Shown here one piece after another: positions 47,801-62,800 of a DNA stretch of 64,000 bases. The position numbers and the translations under genes were made by a program. Each line of letters begins with the position of its first letter. Within the stretch, counting starts at the first letter, position 1. The notes beneath the pieces are model-generated. The model made no database searches, was not told the origin of the DNA, and saw only the letters and a list, made by a program, of their open reading frames with translations. The stretch is from Euprymna scolopes. Lineage: Eukaryota. The DNA is taken from assembly GCA_053919585.1 (NCBI GenBank), contig CM132828.1. One strand, written 5' to 3'.

Positions 47801-50800
47801 TGAAAATCTCAGCTATGAACCTCTATTTGAAAATGTCAGCAATATGAACCCCATTCAAAAATCTCAGCTATGAACCTCTGTTCGAAAATGTCAGCAATAT
47901 GGACCTCCATTTGAAAATCTCAGCTATGCAGCTCTGTTCGAAAATGTCAGCAATATGAACCCCATTTGAAAATCTCAGCTATGAACCTCTGTTCGAAAAT
48001 GTCAGCAATATGGACCTCCATTTGAAAATCTCAGCTATGAACCTCTGTTCGAAAATGTCAGCAATATGAACCCCATTTGAAAATCTCAGCCATTAACCTC
48101 TATTTGAAAATGTCAGCAATATGAACCCCATTTGAAAATCTCAGCTATGAACCTCTGTTTGAAAATGTCAGCAATATGGACCTCCATTTGAAAATCTCAG
48201 CTATGAACCTCTGTTTGAAAATGTCAGCAATATTGACCTCCATTTGAAAATCTCAGCTATGAACCTCTGTTCGAAAATGTCAGCAATATGAACCCATTTG
48301 AAAATCTCAGCTATGAACCTCTGTTCGAAAATGTCAGCAATATGAACCCCATTTGAAAATCTCAGCTATGAACCTCTATTTGAAAATGTCAGCAATATGA
48401 ACCCCATTTGAAAATCTCAGCTATGAACCTCTATTTGAAAATGTCAGCAATATGAACCCCATTCAAAAATCTCAGTTATGAACCTCTGTTCGAAAATGTC
48501 AGCAATATGGACCTCCATTTGAAAATCTCAGCTATGAACCTCTTTTTGAAAATGTCAGCAATATGAACCCCATTCAAAAATCTCAGCTATGAACCTCTGT
48601 TCGAAAATGTCAGCAATATGAACCCCATTTGAAAATCTCAGCTATGAACCTCTTTTTGAAAATGTCAGCAATATGAACCCCATTCAAAAATCTCAGCTAT
48701 GAACCTCTGTTCGAAAATGTCAGCAATATGAACCCCATTTGAAAATCTCAGCTATGAACCTCTATTTGAAAATGTCAGCAATATGAACCCCATTCAAAAA
48801 TCTCAGCTATGAACCTCTGTTCGAAAATGTCAGCAATATGAACCCCATTTGAAAATCTCAGCTATGAACCTCTTTTTGAAAATGTCAGCAATATGAACCC
48901 CATTCAAAAATCTCAGCTATGAACCTCTGTTTGAAAATGTCAGCAATATGGACCTCCATTTGAAAATCTCAGCTATGAACCTCTGTTTGAAAATGTCAGC
49001 AATATGGACCTCCATTTGAAAATCTCAGCTATGAACCTCTGTTCGAAAATGTCAGCAATATGAACCCCATTTGAAAATCTCAGCTATGAACCTCTATTTG
49101 AAAATGTCAGCAATATGGACCTCCATTTGAAAATCTCAGCTATGCAGCTTTGTTCGAAAATGTCAGCAATATGAACCCCATTTGAAAATCTCAGCTATGA
49201 ACCTCTGTTCGAAAATGTCAGCAATATGGACCTCCATTTGAAAATCTCAGCTATGAACCTCTGTTTGAAAATGTCAGCAATATGGACCTCCATTTGAAAA
49301 TCTCAGCTATGCAGCTCTGTTCGAAAATGTCAGCAATATGAACCCCATTTGAAAATCTCAGCTATGAACCTCTATTTGAAAATGTCAGCAATATGAACCC
49401 CATTTGAAAATCTCAGCTATGAACCTCTATTTGAAAATGTCAGCAATATGGACCTCCATTTGAAAATCTCAGCTATGCAGCTCTGTTCGAAAATGTCAGC
49501 AATATGAACCCCATTTGAAAATCTCAGCTATGAACCTCTATTTGAAAATGTCAGCAATATGAACCCCATTTGAAAATCTCAGCTATGAACCTCTATTTGA
49601 AAATGTCAGCAATATGAACCCCATTCAAAAATCTCAGCTATGAACCTCTGTTCGAAAATGTCAGCAATATGGACCTCCATTTGAAAATCTCAGCTATGCA
49701 GCTCTGTTCGAAAATGTCAGCAATATGAACCCCATTTGAAAATCTCAGCTATGAACCTCTGTTCGAAAATGTCAGCAATATGGACCTCCATTTGAAAATC
49801 TCAGCTATGAACCTCTGTTCGAAAATGTCAGCAATATGAACCCCATTTGAAAATCTCAGCCATTAACCTCTATTTGAAAATGTCAGCAATATGAACCCCA
49901 TTTGAAAATCTCAGCTATGAACCTCTGTTTGAAAATGTCAGCAATATGGACCTCCATTTGAAAATCTCAGCTATGAACCTCTGTTCGAAAATGTCAGCAA
50001 TATGAACCCCATTTGAAAATCTCAGCTATGAACCTCTATTTGAAAATGTCAGCAATATGAACCCCATTTGAAAATCTCAGCTATGAACCTCTATTTGAAA
50101 ATGTCAGCAATATGAACCCCATTCAAAAATCTCAGCTATGAACCTCTGTTTGAAAATGTCAGCAATATGGACCTCCATTTGAAAATCTCAGCTATGCAGC
50201 TTTGTTCGAAAATGTCAGCAATATGAACCCCATTTGAAAATCTCAGCTATGAACCTCTGTTCGAAAATGTCAGCAATATGAACCCCATTTGAAAATCTCA
50301 GCTATGAACCTCTATTTGAAAATGTCAGCAATATGAACCCCATTTGAAAATCTCAGCTATGAACCTCTATTTGAAAATGTCAGCAATATGAACCCCATTC
50401 AAAAATCTCAGCTATGAACCTCTGTTCGAAAATGTCAGCAATATGGACCTCCATTTGAAAATCTCAGCTATGCAGCTCTGTTCGAAAATGTCAGCAATAT
50501 GAACCCCATTTGAAAATCTCAGCTATGAACCTCTGTTCGAAAATGTCAGCAATATGAACCCCATTTGAAAATCTCAGCTATGAACCTTTGTTCGAAAATG
50601 TCAGCAATATGGACCTCCATTTGAAAATCTCAGCTATGAACCTCTGTTCGAAAATGTCAGCAATATGAACCCCATTTGAAAATCTCAGCTATGAACCTCT
50701 ATTTGAAAATGTCAGCAATATGAACCCCATTCAAAAATCTCAGCTATGAACCTCTGTTCGAAAATGTCAGCAATATGAACCCCATTTGAAAATCTCAGCT

Positions 50801-53800
50801 ATGAACCTTTGTTCGAAAATGTCAGCAATATGGACCTCCATTTGAAAATCTCAGCCATGCAGCTCTGTTCGAAAATGTCAGCAATATGAACCCCATTTGA
50901 AAATCTCAGCTATGAACCTCTGTTCGAAAATGTCAGCAATATGAACCCCATTTGAAAATCTCAGCTATGAACCTCTATTTGAAAATGTCAGCAATATGAA
51001 CCCCATTTGAAAATCTCAGCTATGAACCTCTATTTGAAATTGTCAGCAATATGAACCCCATTCAAAAATCTCAGCTATGAACCTCTGTTCGAAAATGTCA
51101 GCAATATGAACCCCATTTGAAAATCTCAGCTATGAACCTCTGTTCGAAAATGTCAGCAATATGGACCTCCATTTGAAAATCTCAGCTATGAACCTCTATT
51201 TGAAAATGTCAGCAATATGAACCCCATTCAAAAATCTCAGCTATGAACCTCTGTTCGAAAATGTCAGCAATATGAACCCCATTTGAAAATCTCAGCTATG
51301 AACCTCTATTTGAAAATGTCAGCAATATGAACCCCATTCAAAAATCTCAGCTATGAACCTCTGTTTGAAAATGTCAGCAATATGGACCTCCATTTGAAAA
51401 TCTCAGCTATGCAGCTTTGTTCGAAAATGTCAGCAATATGAACCCCATTCAAAAATCTCAGCTATGAACCTCTGTTCGAAAATGTCAGCAATATGAACCC
51501 CATTTGAAAATCTCAGCTATGAACCTTTGTTCGAAAATGTCAGCAATATGGACCTCAATTTGAAAATCTCAGCTATGAACCTCTGTTCGAAAATGTCAGC
51601 AATATGAACCCCATTTGAAAATCTCAGCTATGAACCTCTATTTGAAAATGTCAGCAATATGAACCCCATTCAAAAATCTCAGCTATGAACCTCTGTTCGA
51701 AAATGTCAGCAATATGGACCTCCATTTGAAAATCTCAGCTATGCAGCTCTGTTCGAAAATGTCAGCAATATGAACCCCATTTGAAAATCTCAGCTATGAA
51801 CCTCTGTTCGAAAATGTCAGCAATATGAACCCCATTTGAAAATCTCAGCTATGAACCTCTATTTGAAAATGTCAGCAATATGAACCCCTTTGAAAATCTC
51901 AGCTATGAACCTCTATTTGAAAATGTCAGCAATATGAACCCCATTCAAAAATCTCAGCTATGAACCTCTGTTCGAAAATGTCAGCAATATGGACCTCCAT
52001 TTGAAAATCTCAGCTATGAACCTCTATTTGAAAATGTCAGCAATATGAACCCCATTCAAAAATCTCAGCTATGAACCTCTGTTCGAAAATGTCAGCAATA
52101 TGAACCCCATTTGAAAATCTCAGCTATGAACCTCTATTTGAAAATGTCAGCAATATGAACCCCATTCAAAAATCTCAGCTATGAACCTCTGTTTGAAAAT
52201 GTCAGCAATATGGACCTCCATTTGAAAATCTCAGCTATGAACCTCTGTTCGAAAATGTCAGCAATATGAACCCCATTCAAAAATCTCAGCTATGAACCTC
52301 TGTTTGAAAATGTCAGCAATATGGACCTCCATTTGAAAATCTCAGCTATGAACCTCTGTTTGAAAATGTCAGCAATATGGACCTCCATTTGAAAATCTCA
52401 GCTATGCAGCTTTGTTCGAAAATGTCAGCAATATGAACCCCATTTGAAAATCTCAGCTATGAACCTCTGTTCGAAAATGTCAGCAATATGAACCCCATTT
52501 GAAAATCTCAGCTATGAACCTCTATTTGAAAATGTCAGCAATATGAACCCCATTTGAAAATCTCAGCTATGAACCTCTATTTGAAAATGTCAGCAATATG
52601 AACCCCATTCAAAAATCTCAGCTATGAACCTCTGTTCGAAAATGTCAGCAATATGGACCTCCATTTGAAAATCTCAGCTATGAACCTCTGTTCGAAAATG
52701 TCAGCAATATGAACCCCATTTGAAAATCTCAGCTATGAACCTCTGTTCGAAAATGTCAGCAATATGAACCCCATTTGAAAATCTCAGCTATGAACCTTTG
52801 TTCGAAAATGTCAGCAATATGGACCTCCATTTGAAAATCTCAGCTATGAACCTCTGTTCGAAAATGTCAGCAATATGGACCCCATTTGGAAATCTCAGCT
52901 ATGAACCTCTATTTGAAAATGTCAGCAATATGAACCCCATTCAAAAATCTCAGCTATGAACCTCTGTTCGAAAATGTCAGCAATATGGACCTCCATTTGA
53001 AAATCTCAGCTATGAACCTCTGTTTGAAAATGTCAGCAATATGAACCCCATTTGAAAATCTCAGCTATGAACCTCTGTTTGAAAATGTCAGCAATATGGA
53101 CCTCCATTTGAAAATCTCAGCTATGCAGCTTTGTTCGAAAATGTCAGCAATATGAACCCCATTTGAAAATCTCAGCTATGAACCTCTATTTGAAAATGTC
53201 AGCAATATGAACCCCATTTGAAAATCTCAGCCATTAACCTCTATTTGAAAATGTCAGCAATATGAACCCCATTCAAAAATCTCAGCTATGAACCTCTGTT
53301 CGAAAATGTCAGCAATATGGACCTCCATTTGAAAATCTCAGCTATGCAGCTTTGTTCGAAAATGTCAGCAATATGAACCCCATTTGAAAATCTCAGCTAT
53401 GAACCTCTGTTCGAAAATGTCAGCAATATGAACCCCATTTGAAAATCTCAGCTATGAACCTCTATTTGAAAATGTCAGCAATATGAACCCCATTTGAAAA
53501 TCTCAGCTATGAACCTCTATTTGAAAATGTCAGCAATATGAACCCCATTCAAAAATCTCAGCTATGAACCTCTGTTCGAAAATGTCAGCAATATGGACCT
53601 CCATTTGAAAATCTCAGCTATGCAGCTCTGTTCGAAAATGTCAGCAATATGAACCCCATTTGAAAATCTCAGCTATGAACCTCTGTTCGAAAATGTCAGC
53701 AATATGAACCCCATTTGAAAATCTCAGCTATGAACCTTTGTTCGAAAATGTCAGCAATATGAACCCCATTTGAAAATCTCAGCTATGAACCTCTGTTCGA

Positions 53801-56800
53801 AAATGTCAGCAATATGAACCCCATTTGAAAATCTCAGCTATGAACCTTTGTTCGAAAATGTCAGCAATATGAACCCCATTCAAAAATCTCAGCTATGAAC
53901 CTCAGTTCGAAAATGTCAGCAATATGGACCTCCATTTGAAAATCTCAGCTATGAACCTCTGTTCGAAAATGTCAGCAATATGAACCCCATTTGAAAATCT
54001 CAGCTATGAACCTCTATTTGAAAATGTCAGCAATATGAACCCCATTCAAAAATCTCAGCTATGAACCTCTGTTCGAAAATGTCAGCAATATGGACCTCCA
54101 TTTGAAAATCTCAGCTATGCAGCTCTGTTCGAAAATGTCAGCAATATGAACCCCATTTGAAAATCTCAGCTATGAACCTCTGTTTGAAAATGTCAGCAAT
54201 ATGGACCTCCATTTGAAAATCTCAGCTATGCAGCTTTGTTCGAAAATATCAGCAATATGAACCCCATTTGAAAATCTCAGCTATGCAGCTTTGTTCGAAA
54301 ATGTCAGCAATATGAACCCCATTTGAAAATCTCAGCTATGAACCTCTATTTGAAAATGTCAGCAATATGAACCCCATTCAAAAATCTCAGCTATGAACCT
54401 CTGTTTGAAAATGTCAGCAATATGAACCTCCATTTGAAAATCTCAGCTATGCAGCTCTGTTCGAAAATGTCAGCAATATGAACCCCATTTGAAAATCTCA
54501 GCTATGAACCTCTGTTCGAAAATGTCAGCAATATGGACCTCCATTTGAAAATCTCAGCTATGCAGCTCTGTTCGAAAATGTCAGCAATATGAACCCCATT
54601 TGAAAATCTCAGCTATGAACCTCTGTTCGAAAATGTCAGCAATATGAACCCCATTTGAAAATCTCAGCTATGAACCTCTGTTTGAAAATGTCAGCAATAT
54701 GGACCTCCATTTGAAAATCTCAGCTATGCAGCTTTGTTCGAAAATGTCAGCAATATGAACCCCATTTGAAAATCTCAGCTATGCAGCTTTGTTCGAAAAT
54801 GTCAGCAATATGAACCCCATTTGAAAATCTCAGCTATGAACCTCTATTTGAAAATGTCAGCAATATGAACCCCATTCAAAAATCTCAGCTATGAACCTCT
54901 GTTCGAAAATGTCAGCAATATGGACCTCCATTTGAAAATCTCAGCTATGAACCTCTGTTCGAAAATGTCAGCAATATGAACCCCATTTGAAAATCTCAGC
55001 TATGAACCTCTGTTTGAAAATGTCAGCAATATGGACCTCCATTTGAAAATCTCAGCTATGAACCTCTATTTGAAAATGTCAGCAATATGAACCCCATTTG
55101 AAAATCTCAGCTATGAACCTCTGTTTGAAAATGTCAGCAATATGGACCTCCATTTGAAAATCTCAGCTATGAACCTCTATTTGAAAATGTCAGCAATATG
55201 AACCCCATTTGAAAATCTCAGCTATGAACCTCTGTTTGAAAATGTCAGCAATATGGACCTCCATTTGAAAATCTCAGCTATGAACCTCTATTTGAAAATG
55301 TCAGCAATATGAACCCCATTTGAAAATCTCAGCTATGAACCTCTGTTTGAAAATGTCAGCAATATGGACCTCCATTTGAAAATCTCAGCTATGAACCTCT
55401 ATTTGAAAATGTCAGCAATATGAACCCCATTTGAAAATCTCAGCTATGAACCTCTATTTGAAAATGTCAGCAATATGAACCCCATTTGAAAATCTCAGCT
55501 ATGAACCTCTGTTTGAAAATGTCAGCAATATGGACCTCCATTTGAAAATCTCAGCTATGCAGCTTTGTTCGAAAATGTCAGCAATATGAACCCCATTTGA
55601 AAATCTCAGCTATGAACCTCTGTTCGAAAATGTCAGCAATATGAACCCCATTTGAAAATCTCAGCTATGAACCTCTGTTCGAAAATGTCAGCAATATGAA
55701 CCCCATTAAAAAATCTCAGCTATGAACCTCTGTTCGAAAATGTCAGCAATATGGACCTCCATTTGAAAATCTCAGCTATGCAGCTCTGTTCGAAAATGTC
55801 AGCAATATGAACCCCATTTGAAAATCTCAGCTATGAACCTCTATTTGAAAATGTCAGCAATATGAACCCCATTCAAAAATCTCAGCTATGAACCTCTGTT
55901 CGAAAATGTCAGCAATATGGACCTCCATTTGAAAATCTCAGCTATGCAGCTCTGTTCGAAAATGTCAGCAATATGAACCCCATTTGAAAATCTCAGCTAT
56001 GAACCTCTGTTTGAAAATGTCAGCAATATGGACCTCCATTTGAAAATCTCAGCTATGCAGCTTTGTTCGAAAATGTCAGCAATATGAACCCCATTTGAAA
56101 ATCTCAGCTATGAACCTCTATTTGAAAATGTCAGCAATATGAACCCCATTTTAAAATCTCAGCCATTAACCTCTATTTGAAAATGTCAGCAATATGAACC
56201 CCATTTAAAAATCTCAGCTATGAACCTCTGTTCGAAAATGTCAGCAATATGGACCTCCATTTGAAAATCTCAGCTATGCAGCTTTGTTCGAAAATGTCAG
56301 CAATATGAACCCCATTTGAAAATCTCAGCTATGAACCTCTGTTCGAAAATGTCAGCAATATGAACCCCATTTGAAAATCTCAGCTATGAACCTCTGTTCG
56401 AAAATGTCAGCAATATGAACCCCATTAAAAAATCTCAGCTATGAACCTCTGTTCGAAAATGTCAGCAATATGGACCTCCATTTAAAAATCTCAGCTATGA
56501 ACCTCTGTTCGAAAATGTCAGCAATATGGACCTCCATTTGAAAATCTCAGCTATGCAGCTTTGTTCGAAAATGTCAGCAATATGAACCCCATTTGAAAAT
56601 CTCAGCTATGAACCTCTGTTCGAAAATGTCAGCAATATGAACCCCATTTGAAAATCTCAGCTATGAACCTCTGTTCGAAAATGTCAGCAATATGAACCCC
56701 ATTTGAAAATCTCAGCTATGAACCTCTGTTTGAAAATGTCAGCAATATGGACCTCCATTTGAAAATCTCAGCTATGCAGCTTTGTTCGAAAATGTCAGCA

Positions 56801-59800
56801 ATATGAACCCCATTTGAAAATCTCAGCTATGAACCTCTATTTGAAAATGTCAGCAATATGAACCCCATTCAAAAATCTCAGCTATGAACCTCTGTTCGAA
56901 AATGTCAGCAATATGGACCTCCATTTGAAAATCTCAGCTATGCAGCTCTGTTCGAAAATGTCAGCAATATGAACCCCATTTGAAAATCTCAGCTATGAAC
57001 CTCTGTTTGAAAATGTCAGCAATATGGACCTCCATTTGAAAATCTCAGCTATGCAGCTTTGTTCGAAAATGTCAGCAATATGAACCCCATTTGAAAATCT
57101 CAGCTATGAACCTCTATTTGAAAATGTCAGCAATATGAACCCCATTTTAAAATCTCAGCCATTAACCTCTATTTGAAAATGTCAGCAATATGAACCCCAT
57201 TCAAAAATCTCAGCTATGAACCTCTGTTCGAAAATGTCAGCAATATGGACCTCCATTTGAAAATCTCAGCTATGCAGCTCTGTTCGAAAATGTCAGCAAT
57301 ATGAACCCCATTTGAAAATCTCAGCTATGAACCTCTGTTCGAAAATGTCAGCAATATGAACCCCATTTTAAAATCTCAGCCATTAACCTCTATTTGAAAA
57401 TGTCAGCAATATGAACCCCATTCAAAAATCTCAGCTATGAACCTCTGTTCGAAAATGTCAGCAATATGGACCTCCATTTGAAAATCTCAGCTATGCAGCT
57501 CTGTTCGAAAATGTCAGCAATATGAACCCCATTCAAAAATCTCAGCTATGAACCTTTGTTCGAAAATGTCAGCAATATGGACCTCCATTTGAAAATCTCA
57601 GCTATGAACCTCTGTTCGAAAATGTCAGCAATATGAACCCCATTTGAAAATCTCAGCTATGAACCTCTATTTGAAAATGTCAGCAATATGAACCCCATTT
57701 TAAAATCTCAGCCATTAACCTCTATTTGAAAATGTCAGCAATATGAACCCCATTCAAAAATCTCAGCTATGAACCTCTGTTCGAAAATGTCAGCAATATG
57801 GACCTCCATTTGAAAATCTCAGCTATGCAGCTCTGTTCGAAAATGTCAGCAATATGAACCCCATTCAAAAATCTCAGCTATGAACCTCTGTTCGAAAATG
57901 TCAGCAATATGGACCTCCATTTGAAAATCTCAGCTATGCAGCTCTGTTCGAAAATGTCAGCAATATGAACCCCATTCAAAAATCTCAGCTATGAACCTTT
58001 GTTCGAAAATGTCAGCAATATGGACCTCCATTTGAAAATCTCAGCTATGAACCTCTGTTCGAAAATGTCAGCAATATGAACCCCATTTGAAAATCTCAGC
58101 TATGAACCTCTATTTGAAAATGTCAGCAATATGAACCCCATTCAAAAATCTCAGCTATGAACCTCTGTTCGAAAATGTCAGCAATATGGACCTCCATTTG
58201 AAAATCTCAGCTATGCAGCTCTGTTCGAAAATGTCAGCAATATGAACCCCATTTGAAAATCTCAGCTATGAACCTCTGTTCGAAAATGTCAGCAATATGG
58301 ACCTCCATTTGAAAATCTCAGCTATGCAGCTTTGTTCGAAAATGTCAGCAATATGAACCCCATTTGAAAATCTCAGCTATGAACCTCTGTTCGAAAATGT
58401 CAGCAATATGAACCCCATTTGAAAATCTCAGCTATGAACCTCTATTTTAAAATGTCAGCAATATGGACCTCCATTTGAAAATCTCAGCTATGCAGCTCTG
58501 TTCGAAAATGTCAGCAATATGAACCCCATTCAAAAATCTCAGCTATGAACCTCTGTTTGAAAATGTCAGCAATATGGACCTCCATTTGAAAATCTCAGCT
58601 ATGCAGCTTTGTTCGAAAATGTCAGCAATATGAACCCCATTTGAAAATCTCAGCTATGAACCTCTATTTGAAAATGTCAGCAATATGAACCCCATTTGAA
58701 AATCTCAGCTATGAACCTCTGTTTGAAAATGTCAGCAATATGAACCCCATTTGAAAATCTCAGCTATGCAGCTTTGTTCGAAAATGTCAGCAATATGGAC
58801 CTCCATTTGAAAATCTCAGCTATGCAGCTTTGTTCGAAAATGTCAGCAATATGAACCCCATTTGAAAATCTCAGCTATGAACCTCTATTTGAAAATGTCA
58901 GCAATATGAACCCCATTTGAAAATCTCAGCTATGAACCTCTATTTGAAAATGTCAGCAATATGAACCCCATTCAAAAATCTCAGCTATGAACCTCTATTT
59001 GAAAATGTCAGCAATATGGACCTCCATTTGAAAATCTCAGCTATGAACCTCTGTTCGAAAATGTCAGCAATATGGACCTCCATTTGAAAATCTCAGCTAT
59101 GAACCTCTGTTCGAAAATGTCAGCAATATGAACCCCATTTGAAAATCTCAGCTATGAACCTCTATTTGAAAATGTCAGCAATATGAACCCCATTCAAAAA
59201 TCTCAGCTATGAACCTCTGTTCGAAAATGTCAGCAATATGGACCTCCATTTGAAAATCTCAGCTATGCAGCTCTGTTTGAAAATGTCAGCAATATGAACC
59301 CCATTTGAAAATCTCAGCTATGAACCTCTGTTCGAAAATGTCAGCAATATGGACCTCCATTTGAAAATCTCAGCTATGCAGCTCTGTTCGAAAATGTCAG
59401 CAATATGAACCCCATTTGAAAATCTCAGCTATGAACCTCTGTTCGAAAATGTCAGCAATATGGACCTCCATTTGAAAATCTCAGCTATGCAGCTTTGTTC
59501 GAAAATGTCAGCAATATGAACCCCATTTGAAAATCTCAGCTATGAACCTCTGTTCGAAAATGTCAGCAATATGAACCCCATTTGAAAATCTCAGCTATGA
59601 ACCTCTATTTTAAAATGTCAGCAATATGGACCTCCATTTGAAAATCTCAGCTATGAACCTCTGTTCGAAAATGTCAGCAATATGAACCCCATTTGAAAAT
59701 CTCAGCTATGAACCTCTATTTGAAAATGTCAGCAATATGAACCCCATTCAAAAATCTCAGCTATGAACCTCTGTTTGAAAATGTCAGCAATATGAACCTC

Positions 59801-62800
59801 CATTTGAAAATCTCAGCTATGCAGCTCTGTTCGAAAATGTCAGCAATATGAACCCCATTCAAAAATCTCAGCTATGAACCTCTGTTTGAAAATGTCAGCA
59901 ATATGGACCTCCATTTGAAAATCTCAGCTATGCAGCTTTGTTCGAAAATGTCAGCAATATGAACCCCATTTGAAAATCTCAGCTATGAACCTCTATTTGA
60001 AAATGTCAGCAATATGAACCCCATTTGAAAATCTCAGCTATGAACCTCTGTTTGAAAATGTCAGCAATATGAACCCCATTTGAAAATCTCAGCTATGCAG
60101 CTTTGTTCGAAAATGTCAGCAATATGAACCCCATTTGAAAATCTCAGCTATGCAGCTTTGTTCGAAAATGTCAGCAATATGAACCCCATTTGAAAATCTC
60201 AGCTATGAACCTCTATTTGAAAATGTCAGCAATATGAACCCCATTTGAAAATCTCAGCTATGAACCTCTATTTGAAAATGTCAGCAATATGAACCCCATT
60301 CAAAAATCTCAGCTATGAACCTCTGTTTGAAAATGTCAGCAATATGGACCTCCATTTGAAAATCTCAGCTATGAACCTCTATTTGAAAATGTCAGCAATA
60401 TGAACCCCATTCAAAAATCTCAGCTATGAACCTCTGTTCGAAAATGTCAGCAATATGAACCCCATTTGAAAATCTCAGCTATGAACCTCTGTTCGAAAAT
60501 GTCAGCAATATGAACCCCATTTGAAAATCTCAGCTATGAACCTCTATTTGAAAATGTCAGCAATATGAACCCCATTTGAAAATCTCAGCTATGAACCTCT
60601 ATTTGAAAATGTCAGCAATATGAACCCCATTCAAAAATCTCAGCTATGAACCTCTGTTCGAAAATGTCAGCAATATGGACCTCCATTTGAAAATCTCAGC
60701 TATGAACCTCTGTTCGAAAATGTCAGCAATATGAACCCCATTTGAAAATCTCAGCTATGAACCTCTATTTGAAAATGTCAGCAATATGAACCCCATTCAA
60801 AAATCTCAGCTATGAACCTCTGTTCGAAAATGTCAGCAATATGAACCCCATTTGAAAATCTCAGCTATGAACCTCTGTTCGAAAATGTCAGCAATATGAA
60901 CCCCATTTGAAAATCTCAGCTATGAACCTTTGTTCGAAAATGTCAGCAATATGGACCTCCATTTGAAAATCTCAGTTATGAACCTCTGTTCGAAAATGTC
61001 AGCAATATGAACCCCATTTGAAAATCTCAGCTATGAACCTCTATTTGAAAATGTCAGCAATATGAACCCCATTCAAAAATCTCAGCTATGAACCTCTGTT
61101 CGAAAATGTCAGCAATATGGACCTCAATTTGAAAATCTCAGCTATGCAGCTCTGTTCGAAAATGTCAGCAATATGAACCCCATTTGAAAATCTCAGCTAT
61201 GAACCTCTGTTCGAAAATGTCAGCAATATGAACCCCATTCAAAAATCTCAGCTATGAACCTCTGTTCGAAAATGTCAGCAATATGAACCCCATTTGAAAA
61301 TCTCAGCTATGAACCTCTATTTGAAAATGTCAGCAATATGAACCCCATTCAAAAATCTCAGCTATGAACCTCTGTTCGAAAATGTCAGCAATATGGACCT
61401 CCATTTGAAAATCTCAGCTATGAACCTCTGTTCGAAAATGTCAGCAATATGAACCCCATTTGAAAATCTCAGCTATGAACCTCTATTTGAAAATGTCAGC
61501 AATATGAACCCCATTCAAAAATCTCAGCTATGAACCTCTGTTCGAAAATGTCAGCAATATGGACCTCCATTTGAAAATCTCAGCTATGCAGCTCTGTTCG
61601 AAAATGTCAGCAATATGAACCCCATTTGAAAATCTCAGCTATGAACCTCTGTTCGAAAATGTCAGCAATATGAACCCCATTTAAAAATCTCAGCTATGAA
61701 CCTCTGTTCGAAAATGTCAGCAATATGAACCCCATTCAAAAATCTCAGCTATGAACCTCTGTTCGAAAATGTCAGCAATATGGACCCCATTTGAAAATCT
61801 CAGCTATGCAGCTCTATTTGAAAATGTCAGCAATATGAACCCCATTCAAAAATCTCAGCTATGAACCTCTATTTGAAAATGTCAGCAATATGGACCTCAT
61901 TTGAAAATCTCAGCTATGCAGCTCTGTTCGAAAATGTCAGCAATATGAACCCCATTTGAAAATCTCAGCTATGAACCTCTGTTCGAAAATGTCAGCAATA
62001 TGAACCCCATTCAAAAATCTCAGCTATGAACCTCTGTTCGAAAATGTCAGCAATATGAACCCCATTTGAAAATCTCAGCTATGAACCTCTGTTCGAAAAT
62101 GTCAGCAATATGAACCCCATTAAAAAATCTCAGCTATGAACCTCTGTTCGAAAATGTCAGCAATATGGACCTCCATTTGAAAATCTCAGCTATGCAGCTC
62201 TGTTCGAAAATGTCAGCAATATGAACCCCATTTGAAAATCTCAGCTATGAACCTCTGTTCGAAAATGTCAGCAATATGAACCCCATTTGAAAATCTCAGC
62301 TATGAACCTCTGTTCGAAAATGTCAGCAATATGAACCCCATTTGAAAATCTCAGCTATGAACCTCTGTTCGAAAATGTCAGCAATATGAACCCCATTCAA
62401 AAATCTTAGCTGTGAACCTCTGTTCGAAAATGTCAGCAATATTGACCTCCATTTGAAAATCTCAGCTATGCAGCTCTGTTCGAAAATGTCAGCAATATGA
62501 ACCCCATTTGAAAATCTCAGCTATGAACCTCTGTTCGAAAATGTCAGCAATATGAACCCCATTCAAAAATCTCAGCTATGAACCTCTATTTGAAAATGTC
62601 AGCAATATGGACCTCCATTTGAAAATCTCAGCTATGCAGCTCTGTTCGAAAATGTCAGCAATATGAACCCCATTTGAAAATCTCAGCTATGAACCTCTGT
62701 TCGAAAATGTCAGCAATATGAACCCCATTTGAAAATCTCAGCTATGAACCTCTGTTCGAAAATGTCAGCAATATGAACCCCATTTGAAAATCTCAGCTAT

